Assembly (NCBI GenBank): GCA_020847715.1
Contig: JADLBM010000012.1
Coordinates: 1 to 56,534, forward strand
DNA: 56,534 nucleotides
From: Candidatus Yanofskybacteria bacterium
GTDB taxonomy: Bacteria; Patescibacteriota; Minisyncoccia; 2-02-FULL-40-12; GWA2-44-9
Reading direction: 5' to 3'
Shown here: one piece after another, positions 1 to 9,243 of the stretch
How positions within the stretch are numbered: position 1 is the stretch's first letter
How the letters are laid out: each line of letters begins with the position of its first letter
Program-made: the position numbers and the translations under genes
Notes under the pieces: generated by a model
What the model was told of the DNA's origin: nothing
Database searches by the model: none
What the model saw: only the letters and a program-made list of their open reading frames with translations

Positions 1-52
1 ATTCATCAACTCTTGGTGAGGCAAGATTGCCGGCCAGGGGTCTGTCGGTAAC

Positions 53-117
53 GGGCGCTCCCCCATAAAAACCCATTACGGTTTACGGGGCACGGAGCGC
101 CCTTTCCTTTTCTTCTG
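53..117 (+). terminator. Possible stem-loop plus T-rich tract, perhaps terminating an off-window upstream gene
   Basis: GGGCGCTCC (53-61) pairs with GGAGCGCCC (94-102), followed by TTTCCTTTTCTTCTG. The loop is long. Confidence 0.3.
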
Positions 118-170
118 TTGCTTCGCGTTTCTCAGCGTGATATACATGAAGCACTAACCACCTACGTCGT

Positions 171-497
171 ATGGAAAAAATGCATGAAGAGATCTCCGGA
201 GCGGTAGAAGTTGGCGCAACGCAGCACGAATTGAGCGCCATCGAGAAGCTTCCTGAGAACACCGTTGAGGAGATGCGCAAAAAATGGTCAGCGTACAACG
301 ATTTTGCCAATAAGGTCGGCGCCCGAATCCCCATGATTCATTCTGAATCAGGCGGAAATGAGCCATTCGATAATGCTCAGGAGTTCACTGCGGACGATGA
401 AACCCAGAACCTTCTCATCTCTATGAAAGAGCGGGCCGGAAGTGAAATGGCGCGCTTGAACGACGAGATCCAGAAGCTCATGCAACTAGCCGCATAG
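171..497 (+). CDS. Hypothetical small acidic protein (108 aa)
   Basis: ATG ORF just upstream of comM. I recognise no motif and see no clear SD. Confidence 0.45.
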   Translation: MEKMHEEISGAVEVGATQHELSAIEKLPENTVEEMRKKWSAYNDFANKVGARIPMIHSESGGNEPFDNAQEFTADDETQNLLISMKERAGSEMARLNDEIQKLMQLAA

Positions 498-530
498 CCA
501 ACACTGGCGCTTGAGGGGGCGCACCCATTC

Positions 531-2051
531 GTGGCACACCAACTCCTCTCGGCAGCCCTCGGGGGCATCGATGCCCAAACCGTGCGCGTCCAGATAGACT
601 CCAACCCAGGCATTCACGCCTTTTCTATCGTCGGCCTCGGCGACAAGGCGGTGCAGGAATCCATTGACCGTATCGAAGCCGCTATCAAAAATAGCGGCTT
701 CGCTGCACCTCGGAGCAAGAACAAGCGTTTTGTCGTAAATCTGGCTCCCGCAGATGTAAAAAAGGAAGGGCCCGGCTACGACCTCCCTATCGCCATCGCA
801 TACCTCGTTGAAACGCGCCAATTGGTCATTACAGGCGAGGAAGCCATGCTCATTGGGGAATTAGGCCTCGACGGTCGTCTCGCTCATACAAACGGCATTC
901 TCGCGGCAACTATGCTTGCGCGAGACATGGGAATTCGGCAGGTCATCGTCCCCTCCTGCAATGCCGCCGAGGCGTCCGTGGTGACAGAGGTAGGTGTCAT
1001 CGGTGCTGACACCTTGTCACAGGTGGTGTCACACTTATGTCACCAGGTGCCAATACAGGTGACACGTGGTGACACCACGATGGCACCGGTGCCAAACGAC
1101 GACTCCTTTGTGCACATTAAGGGTCAACAGGCGGCAAAACGAGCCCTCATCGTCGCCGCCGCAGGAGCCCACAATGTTCTCATGAGCGGCTCTCCCGGCT
1201 CAGGAAAGACACTCCTCGCCCGCTCCATTGTTGGCCTTCTGCCTCCCCTTACGAATGAGGAGGCTATCGAAGTTGCGAAAATCCAGAGTGCGAGCGGGCT
1301 TCTCCACGGTTCTGTCAGCTCTCTCCAGCGTCCGTTTCTAGCACCTCATCACACCGCATCCCCCGCATCAATCGTTGGAGGTGGGACAACCATTCGCCCC
1401 GGACAGGTGAGCCTCGCTCACCGTGGCGTGCTATTCCTTGACGAACTTCCTGAGTTCGCGCGAAATGTACTCGAGGCCCTCCGTCAGCCCATCGAGGACG
1501 GTATCGTCTCGATATCTCGCGCATCAGGCTCGATTACCCTCCCCGCAAAGTTCATGCTCGTCGGCGCAATGAACCCGTGCCCCTGCGGAAACAGCGGGGA
1601 TCCGGCGGCAATCTGTACATGCACCGCAACATCCACGCTCAAATATGGGAAACGTATCTCGGGGCCCCTCCTCGACCGCATGGACATCCGCGTACTGGTT
1701 TCGCGAGAACATGTTTCAGCCGAAACGGCCGAGAACACACTTAACATCACCGATATTAGGCGCTCCATCCAGCACGCTCGCTCCGTCCAACGGGAGCGCC
1801 TGTCCCCCATTGGGCTCGTTACGAACAGCGAGATTCGGCACACCCACATCGATTCTCTCTGCGCGCTCTCACCAAGCGCGGAACAGCTTCTGCAGGCGGC
1901 AGTGAATCGAAACAACCTCTCGCTGAGGGCGTATCATAAAATAAAAAAGATCGCGCGAACCATTGCGGATCTTGATGACTCCTCAGCCGTACAGCAGCAC
2001 CATGTCGCCGAGGCGATGGCACTTCGTATGGCAGACCGAGCTACTTCTTAA
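531..2051 (+). CDS. comM: YifB/ComM family Mg-chelatase-like AAA+ ATPase
   Basis: GTG start. Walker A GSPGSGKTLLA, Walker B GVLFLDELPEF, Lon-like N-domain, C-terminal MgChl-like tail. Length is typical (506 aa). Confidence 0.9.
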   Translation: MAHQLLSAALGGIDAQTVRVQIDSNPGIHAFSIVGLGDKAVQESIDRIEAAIKNSGFAAPRSKNKRFVVNLAPADVKKEGPGYDLPIAIAYLVETRQLVITGEEAMLIGELGLDGRLAHTNGILAATMLARDMGIRQVIVPSCNAAEASVVTEVGVIGADTLSQVVSHLCHQVPIQVTRGDTTMAPVPNDDSFVHIKGQQAAKRALIVAAAGAHNVLMSGSPGSGKTLLARSIVGLLPPLTNEEAIEVAKIQSASGLLHGSVSSLQRPFLAPHHTASPASIVGGGTTIRPGQVSLAHRGVLFLDELPEFARNVLEALRQPIEDGIVSISRASGSITLPAKFMLVGAMNPCPCGNSGDPAAICTCTATSTLKYGKRISGPLLDRMDIRVLVSREHVSAETAENTLNITDIRRSIQHARSVQRERLSPIGLVTNSEIRHTHIDSLCALSPSAEQLLQAAVNRNNLSLRAYHKIKKIARTIADLDDSSAVQQHHVAEAMALRMADRATS

Positions 2052-3135
2052 CCAGCGGATTCTGTGCCCCGTGAACCTCGAAGTGCAGGTGGCACCCTGT
2101 GGAGCGGCCCGTCGTCCCCATGAGAGCGATCTTGTCGCCCTTTCCGACTACCTGCCCCGCCTCAACCAACAGCTTAGACGCATGCGCGTAGAGCGTTTCA
2201 GTGCCATTATCATGGGATATCTTGATGTATTTCCCAAAGCCGCCGTTGTATCCGGTCGCGTCAGAGACGGTCACTTTCCCGTCAGCGGCGGCATAGATAG
2301 GAGTTCCGCATGAATTCGCCATATCAACGCCATTTCTTCCATGAATCCGGCCCCAGTTAAACCCATACGTTGGCAGCTTAAAGAAGTCGCCAAGATCGGG
2401 AAGGTGGGCGAATTGCTTTGCCGCCTTTGCGAGACTCGCAACCGATGCCGTGCCCAGAAGCGGAACCTTTGTGGCGCCGGTAGATGTGCCTTGCAAGCGA
2501 CCATCTGGAATGATGATCTCGTCCCCAGCCTCAAGCTCCCCGTTACTTGGGAGGCGGTTGTATGCAACGATACGGCCTTCATCCGCGGCGTACTTCTTCG
2601 CGAGCACGGCAACCGTTTCTCCTGATTTCACGCGATGAATAACGCCCGTCACTGGGGGAATACGGAGCACCTGACCAGGGGAGATGCTGTCTGCATCCTT
2701 GAGGCTATTCGCCCAAATAATGGAATTCATGCTTACGCCAAAGTCAGACGCGATGAATGAAAGGAGGTCGCCCTGCTGGACGGTATATTCGATAACACCC
2801 GTCCGGCGACCCGAGATGCGGGAAAGATAGTCGGTGTCGGGAGGGGTAATAGCGACCACGGCGCTCTCGCGGATCGTCGATGCGCCAGAACTCGGAGCAG
2901 GGGAGGAGACGGCCGCGTCCCCGCCAATTCCAGCAAAAATGCTATTAATATCGGCCATCTGAGACGAGGAGAGACTGCGTGAAGAATCAAAAGCGACCGC
3001 TTTTTCTTCTATATACTGGCGGACCCAGTTATCAAGCAGGGAGGCCTGCCCCTCGTTGCTTGAGCCGTAGAAGACCAGAGCCGTAACAGCGACAAAAACT
3101 ACGGCATAGAGCTCCGTATAGCGGCTTCGAGTCAC
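2041..3135 (-). CDS. Membrane-anchored LysM-repeat / M23 family metallopeptidase
   Basis: N-terminal TM, two LysM-like repeats (YTVQQGDLLSFIA..., HRVKSGETVAVLAKKY...), and an M23 core with HxxxD-like HGRNGVDMA and the ending GCHLHFEVH. Confidence 0.9.
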   Translation of the reverse strand: MTRSRYTELYAVVFVAVTALVFYGSSNEGQASLLDNWVRQYIEEKAVAFDSSRSLSSSQMADINSIFAGIGGDAAVSSPAPSSGASTIRESAVVAITPPDTDYLSRISGRRTGVIEYTVQQGDLLSFIASDFGVSMNSIIWANSLKDADSISPGQVLRIPPVTGVIHRVKSGETVAVLAKKYAADEGRIVAYNRLPSNGELEAGDEIIIPDGRLQGTSTGATKVPLLGTASVASLAKAAKQFAHLPDLGDFFKLPTYGFNWGRIHGRNGVDMANSCGTPIYAAADGKVTVSDATGYNGGFGKYIKISHDNGTETLYAHASKLLVEAGQVVGKGDKIALMGTTGRSTGCHLHFEVHGAQNPLVKK

Positions 3136-3399
3136 TCGTCCTATGATCGCTCCGATCCGACTTTCGGCGAAAAGCCTGCGGACCTTCGAGCTAGTTCTGG
3201 AGAGGATTGTACTAATAGGCAGACTTGGCGCAAACGGTTAAACATCAACGAAACCGAGCGTTTTCGCCAAAGAAAGCAAAAATTCTCTTGCGAGAATTAC
3301 AGGCGAAGATTAGCATGTTGTGGTCTTTGGGTCAACGCTTGCCCGTACTATTGTCCACAAGGCATATTACACGTTCTATTTAGTCTATATGTCAAGTTT

Positions 3400-3759
3400 A
3401 TGAGTACCGCCGATACAATATTCGGCCTTTCCGGCGAAGAGGCCGCCTGCCACTGGCTTGTTGGGTCCGGATTTCGCATTCTCGACCGAAATTGGCGGCG
3501 TCCATGGGGAGAGCTCGATATCGTCGCGAGCAAGGACGGTACCATCCACTTCGTCGAGGTAAAGACTGCCCGTCGCCTCGTAACAGGGTTCGAGCCCTTC
3601 CTCCGCGCCAACGGACGGAAAATGCATAAAGTCATGCGAACGGCGCAAACATGGCTTTCCGCGCATCAGTATTCGCCCGACACTCCATGGCAGTTGGACA
3701 TCATCTCCGTTATTATGGAAGGGAAGGCACCTGCGATAGAGTTTTTCGAGAACATCTAA
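3400..3759 (+). CDS. yraN: YraN family (UPF0102) endonuclease-like protein
   Basis: 119 aa. The motif GF.ILDRNWR...GELDIVA....HFVEVKT is typical of UPF0102. Confidence 0.85.
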   Translation: MSTADTIFGLSGEEAACHWLVGSGFRILDRNWRRPWGELDIVASKDGTIHFVEVKTARRLVTGFEPFLRANGRKMHKVMRTAQTWLSAHQYSPDTPWQLDIISVIMEGKAPAIEFFENI

Positions 3760-3762
3760 GCA

Positions 3763-4611
3763 ATGAACAAAATCGGCGCACATGTCAGTATAGCCGGAGG
3801 CATCTTTCATGCCCCCACCCGCGCTCGCGATGGAGGGTGTGAGACATTCCAGTGCTTCAGTCGCTCCCCACAGGGAGGCCCAGCGCCAGCGCTCACCGAT
3901 GAGGTTGTCTCTCAGTTCAAGCGAAACATGGAGGAATCCTCCATCGACCGATTCGTCATTCATGCACCGTACTACATCAATCTCGCCTCACCGAACGCCC
4001 CCGTCCGCCACGCGAGTCGCCGCATCATTCGAGAGGAGCTAGAGCGGGGGAGTACGCTTGGAGCAAGCTTTGTTATGTTTCACCCCGGTTCGCACACCGG
4101 CCGACCACTGGAGGAGGGGGTAGCCGCAGTCCAGAAGGGACTTGAGGAAATATTACGGGGATATACCGGATCCTGCGAACTCCTCGTGGAAATATCAGCG
4201 GGAGCGGGCCAAGTGCTCGGAGATACCTTCCAAGAGAACGCCGACATGATACGCCCCGTTCTTGACGCCACTGGCTTTGGCGGCGTCTGCTTCGACACCT
4301 GTCACGCGTTCGCTTCAGGGTATGATTTCCGGACTACCACGGGGGTCGCCGCAGTACTTCGTGAATTCGATGCGACAATCGGTCTCAAGCATCTCCGCCT
4401 CACCCATGTGAATGACAGCAAGACCGATCTTGGGGGTCACAAGGACCGCCACGAGCACATCGGCAAGGGATTCATTGACACCGAAGGCATTGCCAGCATT
4501 CTGCAAACCCCTGCGTTCGCCCGCATCGATTGGATACTCGAAACGGAAAGCGAAGGACAAGACAAAGACATCGCGGCGCTTCGCGCTATCAGAGAAAACA
4601 CCTCGAAATAA
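3763..4611 (+). CDS. nfo: Deoxyribonuclease IV (endonuclease IV)
   Basis: Motifs HAPYYINLAS, FHPGSH, CFDTCH, HVNDSK and DRHEHIG. 282 aa. Confidence 0.9.
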   Translation: MNKIGAHVSIAGGIFHAPTRARDGGCETFQCFSRSPQGGPAPALTDEVVSQFKRNMEESSIDRFVIHAPYYINLASPNAPVRHASRRIIREELERGSTLGASFVMFHPGSHTGRPLEEGVAAVQKGLEEILRGYTGSCELLVEISAGAGQVLGDTFQENADMIRPVLDATGFGGVCFDTCHAFASGYDFRTTTGVAAVLREFDATIGLKHLRLTHVNDSKTDLGGHKDRHEHIGKGFIDTEGIASILQTPAFARIDWILETESEGQDKDIAALRAIRENTSK

Positions 4612-4636
4612 GGCACTTTTCGATACTCGAGCCATA

Positions 4637-4665
4637 TTGACTAAATATGGTATTCCTGCTATAAT
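4637..4665 (+). promoter_or_regulatory. Sigma70-like promoter with extended -10
   Basis: TTGACT (4637-4642), 17-nt spacer ending TGc, TATAAT (4660-4665). It lies about 70 nt upstream of the 4734 ATG. Confidence 0.6.
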
Positions 4666-4733
4666 TAACACGCATAGAGGGTAGAAAAAGAAAGCCCATT
4701 TCCAAGCCCCGGCAGGGGCATCAGGAGAAGAAC

Positions 4734-5522
4734 ATGAAGAAGCTGCTGCCGTTCGTGATTGCGGCCCTGCTCGCAGTGGTCGCTCTCATCATCTTTGCCC
4801 CGACCGCTAAGGCGCAGGGGCGCCAGTTCGACCGATCGAGCCTTGGTGCGGTCCTCAACCGCACCATGGACCTCGGAACGGATTCGCTCGGCCTGCTGGG
4901 TCGGCGATACTGCGAGAACCATCGCGGTACCGGCGATCAGGTGGAGGCGTCGTGGTGCTACGGCGACGTCTACGACAACAACGGACGGTACGAGGGCTAC
5001 AACCCCATGTCCGTCCGTGGCCAGCGGCGCACCGAAATGCTCCGCTGGGCCAGCAACCGCGACTACGCGGTCCCGCGTGGCAGGTACAACGGCTACGATC
5101 GTCGCTACGACGGTCGCGGCCTCTCGCACCGAGACCGCAACACCATCATCGGCGTCGCCGCGGGAGTTGGCGTGCTGTACGCCGTCAAGGAGTTCGTCAT
5201 CGACCCCCGCAACGAGAAGAAGCGGGAAGCGATGGCCGAGACCCGTCATCAGGAAGTTCTGGCGGCCCTTCGGGCCCGCGAGGCACAGATCAACGGCGAC
5301 GAAGGCTCGGAGGCCGACGCCCAAGAAGAGATCCCGCAGACCCAGGCGCCGACCAAGACGCCGAGGACCGTTTTCAAAAAGAACGGCCTCATCTGCAACA
5401 ACACGAATCAGGCCGTCGTCATCGTCGTCGATGGCGACGACGTCCACACCCTGAGCCCCGGCAAGGCAATCCGCGTGGCGGACCTGCCGCAGGGGAAGGT
5501 TGAGTGGAGGCTCGCCCGCTAG
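4734..5522 (+). CDS. Hypothetical secreted/membrane protein, R/Y/G/D-rich
   Basis: AGGAG SD 7 nt upstream. Signal peptide MKKLLPFVIAALLAVVALIIFAPTAKA, plus an internal TM TIIGVAAGVGVLYAV. The frame was chosen among several overlapping GC-rich ORFs. Confidence 0.6.
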   Translation: MKKLLPFVIAALLAVVALIIFAPTAKAQGRQFDRSSLGAVLNRTMDLGTDSLGLLGRRYCENHRGTGDQVEASWCYGDVYDNNGRYEGYNPMSVRGQRRTEMLRWASNRDYAVPRGRYNGYDRRYDGRGLSHRDRNTIIGVAAGVGVLYAVKEFVIDPRNEKKREAMAETRHQEVLAALRAREAQINGDEGSEADAQEEIPQTQAPTKTPRTVFKKNGLICNNTNQAVVIVVDGDDVHTLSPGKAIRVADLPQGKVEWRLAR

Positions 5523-5538
5523 GGCGAGAGGAGGGGAT

Positions 5539-6078
5539 ATGAAGAAGTGGCTCGCCACTGCATGCGCGGTGCTCGCGGGCATGATCGTCGGCATTCTGGT
5601 GTGGACATACTGCACCAGAAGTGGCGACGGGCCCGCCGTCGTCCAAGCCAAGGCGGATGTCGCCAAGGCAGAAGACATCCGAAAGGCCGGTGAGATTCAC
5701 AGCGCCGGCATCGCCAAGCGCGTCGAGTGCTACGACGCGATGCGCGAGCCGTTCGACTCCCACCGAGGCAAGGAGCAAGTCGAGGCCGAGCCTCGTGTGT
5801 GGATCGATGAGCTGGGAGGAGGCCGCATCCAGTGCTTCAGCGGCCCCGGCTTCAGCCGGCTCACCGGAGAGCCGCTGAAGCCGGTAACAAAAAGCATCGT
5901 CCGGCGATTCTGGGCAAGCAACCCGGAACAGCCGACGTTCAACGCACCGACCGAGTACCCGCCTCTCTACGAGGCGCGGGAGCAGCCGAGGGGTCGGCGA
6001 GCGGACCGTCCGCGCAGCAACGGCGGCGAGCTCAACCCCATCGTGGAGGTCGACTGCGCGCCCATGGGCTGCAGTTGA
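5539..6078 (+). CDS. Hypothetical N-terminally anchored protein (179 aa)
   Basis: GGAGG SD then ATG. N-terminal TM MKKWLATACAVLAGMIVGILVW. A terminator follows. Confidence 0.55.
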   Translation: MKKWLATACAVLAGMIVGILVWTYCTRSGDGPAVVQAKADVAKAEDIRKAGEIHSAGIAKRVECYDAMREPFDSHRGKEQVEAEPRVWIDELGGGRIQCFSGPGFSRLTGEPLKPVTKSIVRRFWASNPEQPTFNAPTEYPPLYEAREQPRGRRADRPRSNGGELNPIVEVDCAPMGCS

Positions 6079-6083
6079 CCAAA

Positions 6084-6121
6084 CCCCCGTACGACACGCG
6101 TCGTACGGGGGTCTTCTTTTT
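6084..6121 (+). terminator. Rho-independent terminator
   Basis: 12-bp perfect stem CCCCCGTACGAC/GTCGTACGGGGG with loop ACGC, then TCTTCTTTTT. Confidence 0.75.
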
Positions 6122-6158
6122 ATTGAATAACCGACAACAAAACGATACGATACTGCAT

Positions 6159-6605
6159 ATGCACCTCGTCTCACAGAGCCCCACCGACACGCAGGCTATC
6201 GCCGCAAAACTCGCCCAGCGCCTCCACGGCGCACTCCCACGAGCGACGGCAACCGTCGTCGCACTCTATGGGGATCTCGGAGCAGGAAAAACGACATTCA
6301 CCCAGGGATTCGCGAAGGCGCTTGGCATCACCCAACAACCAAAGAGCCCAACCTTCCTACTCGCGAAAGAGTACGCGATACCCCAGACACCGTACTCGCT
6401 CTGGCACCTCGATTGCTACCGGCTTCAGGGACATCGCGACCTCGTCACGCTGGACCTTCACCGCATATTCGAAAACCCGAACAATATTGTGCTCGTAGAG
6501 TGGCCTGAACATATAGGAGAGGGACTCCCACGGGACACCATTGAAGTACGCTTCACCCACGAAGGGCCGACCTCGCGCGGCATCACCATCAACGAGAACC
6601 CGTGA
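6159..6605 (+). CDS. tsaE: tRNA t6A37 modification protein TsaE (YjeE ATPase)
   Basis: P-loop GDLGAGKTTF, later WHLDCYRL. 148 aa from the internal ATG at 6159. Overlaps the polA GTG by 4 nt. Confidence 0.85.
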   Translation: MHLVSQSPTDTQAIAAKLAQRLHGALPRATATVVALYGDLGAGKTTFTQGFAKALGITQQPKSPTFLLAKEYAIPQTPYSLWHLDCYRLQGHRDLVTLDLHRIFENPNNIVLVEWPEHIGEGLPRDTIEVRFTHEGPTSRGITINENP

Positions 6606-9241
6606 AGAAGCTCGTCCTCATCGACTCAAATGCGCTCGTTCATCGGGCGTTCCACGCGTTGCCTCCGCTGTCATCACCCGCGGGACAGCCGACGAACGCA
6701 ATTTATGGATTTACCTCCGTTCTTTTGAAGATGATCGCGGACCTGAAACCGGATGCCATTGTCGCGACGTTCGACCTCGCCGGCCCAACATTCCGCCACG
6801 AGGAGTATGAACAGTACAAGGCTCACCGCGTAAAAGCGCCGGATGAGCTCTATGAGCAAATACCTGGGGTGAAGCGCATGCTCGGTGCATTCGGCATTCC
6901 TATCCTCGAGCAGGCGGGGCTGGAAGCCGACGACATCATCGGCACCGTCAGCGCGCAGACCCAACAGATTCCCGGACTTCAGACCATCATCGTCACCGGA
7001 GATCTCGACACACTTCAGTTGGTCCACGGACAAAAAGTCGTCGTATTCACCCTACGAAAGGGGATGAGCGACACGGTCACCTATGACGAGGACGGTGTCC
7101 GTGAGCGCTACGGTATCGCTCCGACACAGGTCCCCGACCTGAAGGGACTGAAGGGCGACCCGAGCGATAACATCCCCGGCGTCAAAGGAATCGGGGAGAA
7201 AACAGCGATGAGCCTCATCCAGGCATTCGGGTCCATCGAGCAGCTCTACACCGAACTGGAAAAGCCAGAATTCACACCGGGGAAACAAGCCGGCGTGTCC
7301 GCAAGCGTCCGTGCAAAGCTCCTCGAACAGAAGGATATGGCGCTGTTCAGTAAGAAGCTTGCAACCATCGTGCGCGATGCATCCATCTCCTACGATAGCG
7401 AGGCCGCCGATTGGCGCCAGCACCTCGACATCCCCGCGATTGAGGCGCTCTGCAGAGAATTCGGTTTCACCTCTCTCATGAAGCGTATCGGCACAACACT
7501 CGGTTCGGCCGTCAAAGAAGCCTCTGCGCAGCAGCTCGACTTCGATAGCCCCGTGGAGAAAAATGATGGAGCGCCTGTGCTTGTGGCCACAAGCCCGCAT
7601 GAGCTTCCTCAGGGTTCTGCCGCCGCGCTGCACGGAATCTTCTCGGAAGGCATACTGCAAAGCCTTTTGGTAACGGCCGATGGCCCGACCGTGTATGAAA
7701 TCCGAAACCCGTCGCCGAGCACTATCGCCGATGTCGTTGCGCGTTACCCAACTCTCATCGGACACGACCTGAAGCCGATCCTGAAGGCAACCCCTGACGC
7801 TGCTACCGCTGCTCGCGCAACTCTCGTAGACACCCAAATCGCCGCGTGGCTCGCGAACCCCGAACAGCGTGACTACAGCCTGAGCCGAGTGGCATACGAG
7901 GTCCTCGGTCAACCGATGAGCGACAATGAGCGCTCATCGGTCTCCGTCATCTGGAAACTTCGAGAACCGCTGGAGGAGCGCCTCAGGACGCTCGACCTCC
8001 TTCCCGTCTTTAGAGATATTGAATCGCCGCTTATCGCCATCCTCGCGCGGATGGAGCAGGTCGGCATTTTGGTGGACACGTCACATATCGATGACCTCAT
8101 GGCGAGCGCAAGCACAGAGGTCGCGAAGCTCGAAGAGCAGATCTACCATCACGCCGGAACGACATTCAACATTAACTCGCCCTCGCAACTCGGCGACATC
8201 CTCTTCACGACCCTCGGCATCAAGGGGAAGGTACGCCGAACCGGCGGGGGAGCGCCGTCTACCGCAGCCGCGGAATTGGAAAAACTCCGCGACGAACACC
8301 CCATCATTGACCTCATTCTGCAGTACCGCGAGCTCAACAAGCTTAAAACAACCTACATCGAGCCATTCCCGACGCTCGTTGGAGCCGACGGACGCCTCCA
8401 CACCACCTACCATCAAACGGGAACGGCAACCGGACGCCTCTCGTCGTCCGATCCGAACCTGCAAAATATCCCGACAAGAACCGAGCTTGGCTCCCGATTC
8501 CGCGCCGCCTTCATCGCACCCCCGCACACCAGCCTGCTATCGCTCGATTACTCCCAGCTTGAGCTCCGCCTTATTGCACACATCGCTCAGGACCAGACAA
8601 TGCTCGAAGCGTTCCGAAACAGAGAAGACATCCACACTCGCACCGCCTCAGAAGTATTCGGTCTAGCACCCGCGCAGGTCACCAAGGATATGCGCCGCCA
8701 AGCGAAGGTGCTGAACTTCGGCATCATCTACGGCATGGGCTCCGTCGGATTCGCGCGCGCGGCTGGTATTTCGCGTGACGCGGCAAAGCAATTCATCGAT
8801 GAGTACTTTGCCCGCTTCTCCGGTGTCGCCCGCTACATTGAACGCACGAAAGAGGAGGCGTTCACGCGTGGATTCGTCACAACGCTCCTCGGTCGTCGTC
8901 GGCCGCTTCCGGACATCTCGAGCCGAATCCCACAACTCGCCGCCCAGGCCGAGCGCATGGCAGTCAATCACCCCATCCAAGGAACAGGAGCAGACCTTGT
9001 GAAGCTGGCAATGATCGCGGTCGCGCAGCATCTTTCCGAACTTCCAGAAAGTCATCGCCCGCGACTCCTCCTCCAAGTCCACGACGAACTGGTATTCGAA
9101 GCACCCTCCGATACAGTCGTCGACGCCGCCCATGAGCTCGCTCACATCATGGAAAAGGTCTACGCGCTTGATGTCCCGCTTGTGGTCGACGCAAAAGCAG
9201 GACTGAATTGGGCGGCAATGGAGCCTATCGAACACCAGTAG
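6602..9241 (+). CDS. polA: DNA polymerase I
   Basis: 5'-nuclease domain (LIDSNALVHRAF, GDPSDNIPGV) and pol motifs DYSQLELRL, RRQAKVLNFGIIYG, QVHDELVFE. 879 aa, GTG start. Confidence 0.95.
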   Translation: MKKLVLIDSNALVHRAFHALPPLSSPAGQPTNAIYGFTSVLLKMIADLKPDAIVATFDLAGPTFRHEEYEQYKAHRVKAPDELYEQIPGVKRMLGAFGIPILEQAGLEADDIIGTVSAQTQQIPGLQTIIVTGDLDTLQLVHGQKVVVFTLRKGMSDTVTYDEDGVRERYGIAPTQVPDLKGLKGDPSDNIPGVKGIGEKTAMSLIQAFGSIEQLYTELEKPEFTPGKQAGVSASVRAKLLEQKDMALFSKKLATIVRDASISYDSEAADWRQHLDIPAIEALCREFGFTSLMKRIGTTLGSAVKEASAQQLDFDSPVEKNDGAPVLVATSPHELPQGSAAALHGIFSEGILQSLLVTADGPTVYEIRNPSPSTIADVVARYPTLIGHDLKPILKATPDAATAARATLVDTQIAAWLANPEQRDYSLSRVAYEVLGQPMSDNERSSVSVIWKLREPLEERLRTLDLLPVFRDIESPLIAILARMEQVGILVDTSHIDDLMASASTEVAKLEEQIYHHAGTTFNINSPSQLGDILFTTLGIKGKVRRTGGGAPSTAAAELEKLRDEHPIIDLILQYRELNKLKTTYIEPFPTLVGADGRLHTTYHQTGTATGRLSSSDPNLQNIPTRTELGSRFRAAFIAPPHTSLLSLDYSQLELRLIAHIAQDQTMLEAFRNREDIHTRTASEVFGLAPAQVTKDMRRQAKVLNFGIIYGMGSVGFARAAGISRDAAKQFIDEYFARFSGVARYIERTKEEAFTRGFVTTLLGRRRPLPDISSRIPQLAAQAERMAVNHPIQGTGADLVKLAMIAVAQHLSELPESHRPRLLLQVHDELVFEAPSDTVVDAAHELAHIMEKVYALDVPLVVDAKAGLNWAAMEPIEHQ

Positions 9242-9243
9242 CC

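Noticed and set aside
2041-2051. An 11-nt convergent overlap of the comM and M23 peptidase 3' ends.
   Set aside because: Both stops are unambiguous and short convergent overlaps are common in compact genomes. No regulatory structure is seen.
3351-3359. A DnaA-box-like TTGTCCACA in the divergent M23/yraN intergenic region.
   Set aside because: It is a single one-mismatch occurrence with no cluster or AT-rich tract, most likely chance or part of a promoter.
4665-6174. Long alternative-frame and antisense ORFs (4665-5678 minus, 4759-5454 plus, 4952-5503 plus, 5419-6174 minus).
   Set aside because: They overlap the two ORFs that have SD sequences and signal or anchor helices. Their products are Arg/Pro/Ala-rich low-complexity strings characteristic of out-of-frame GC-rich translation.
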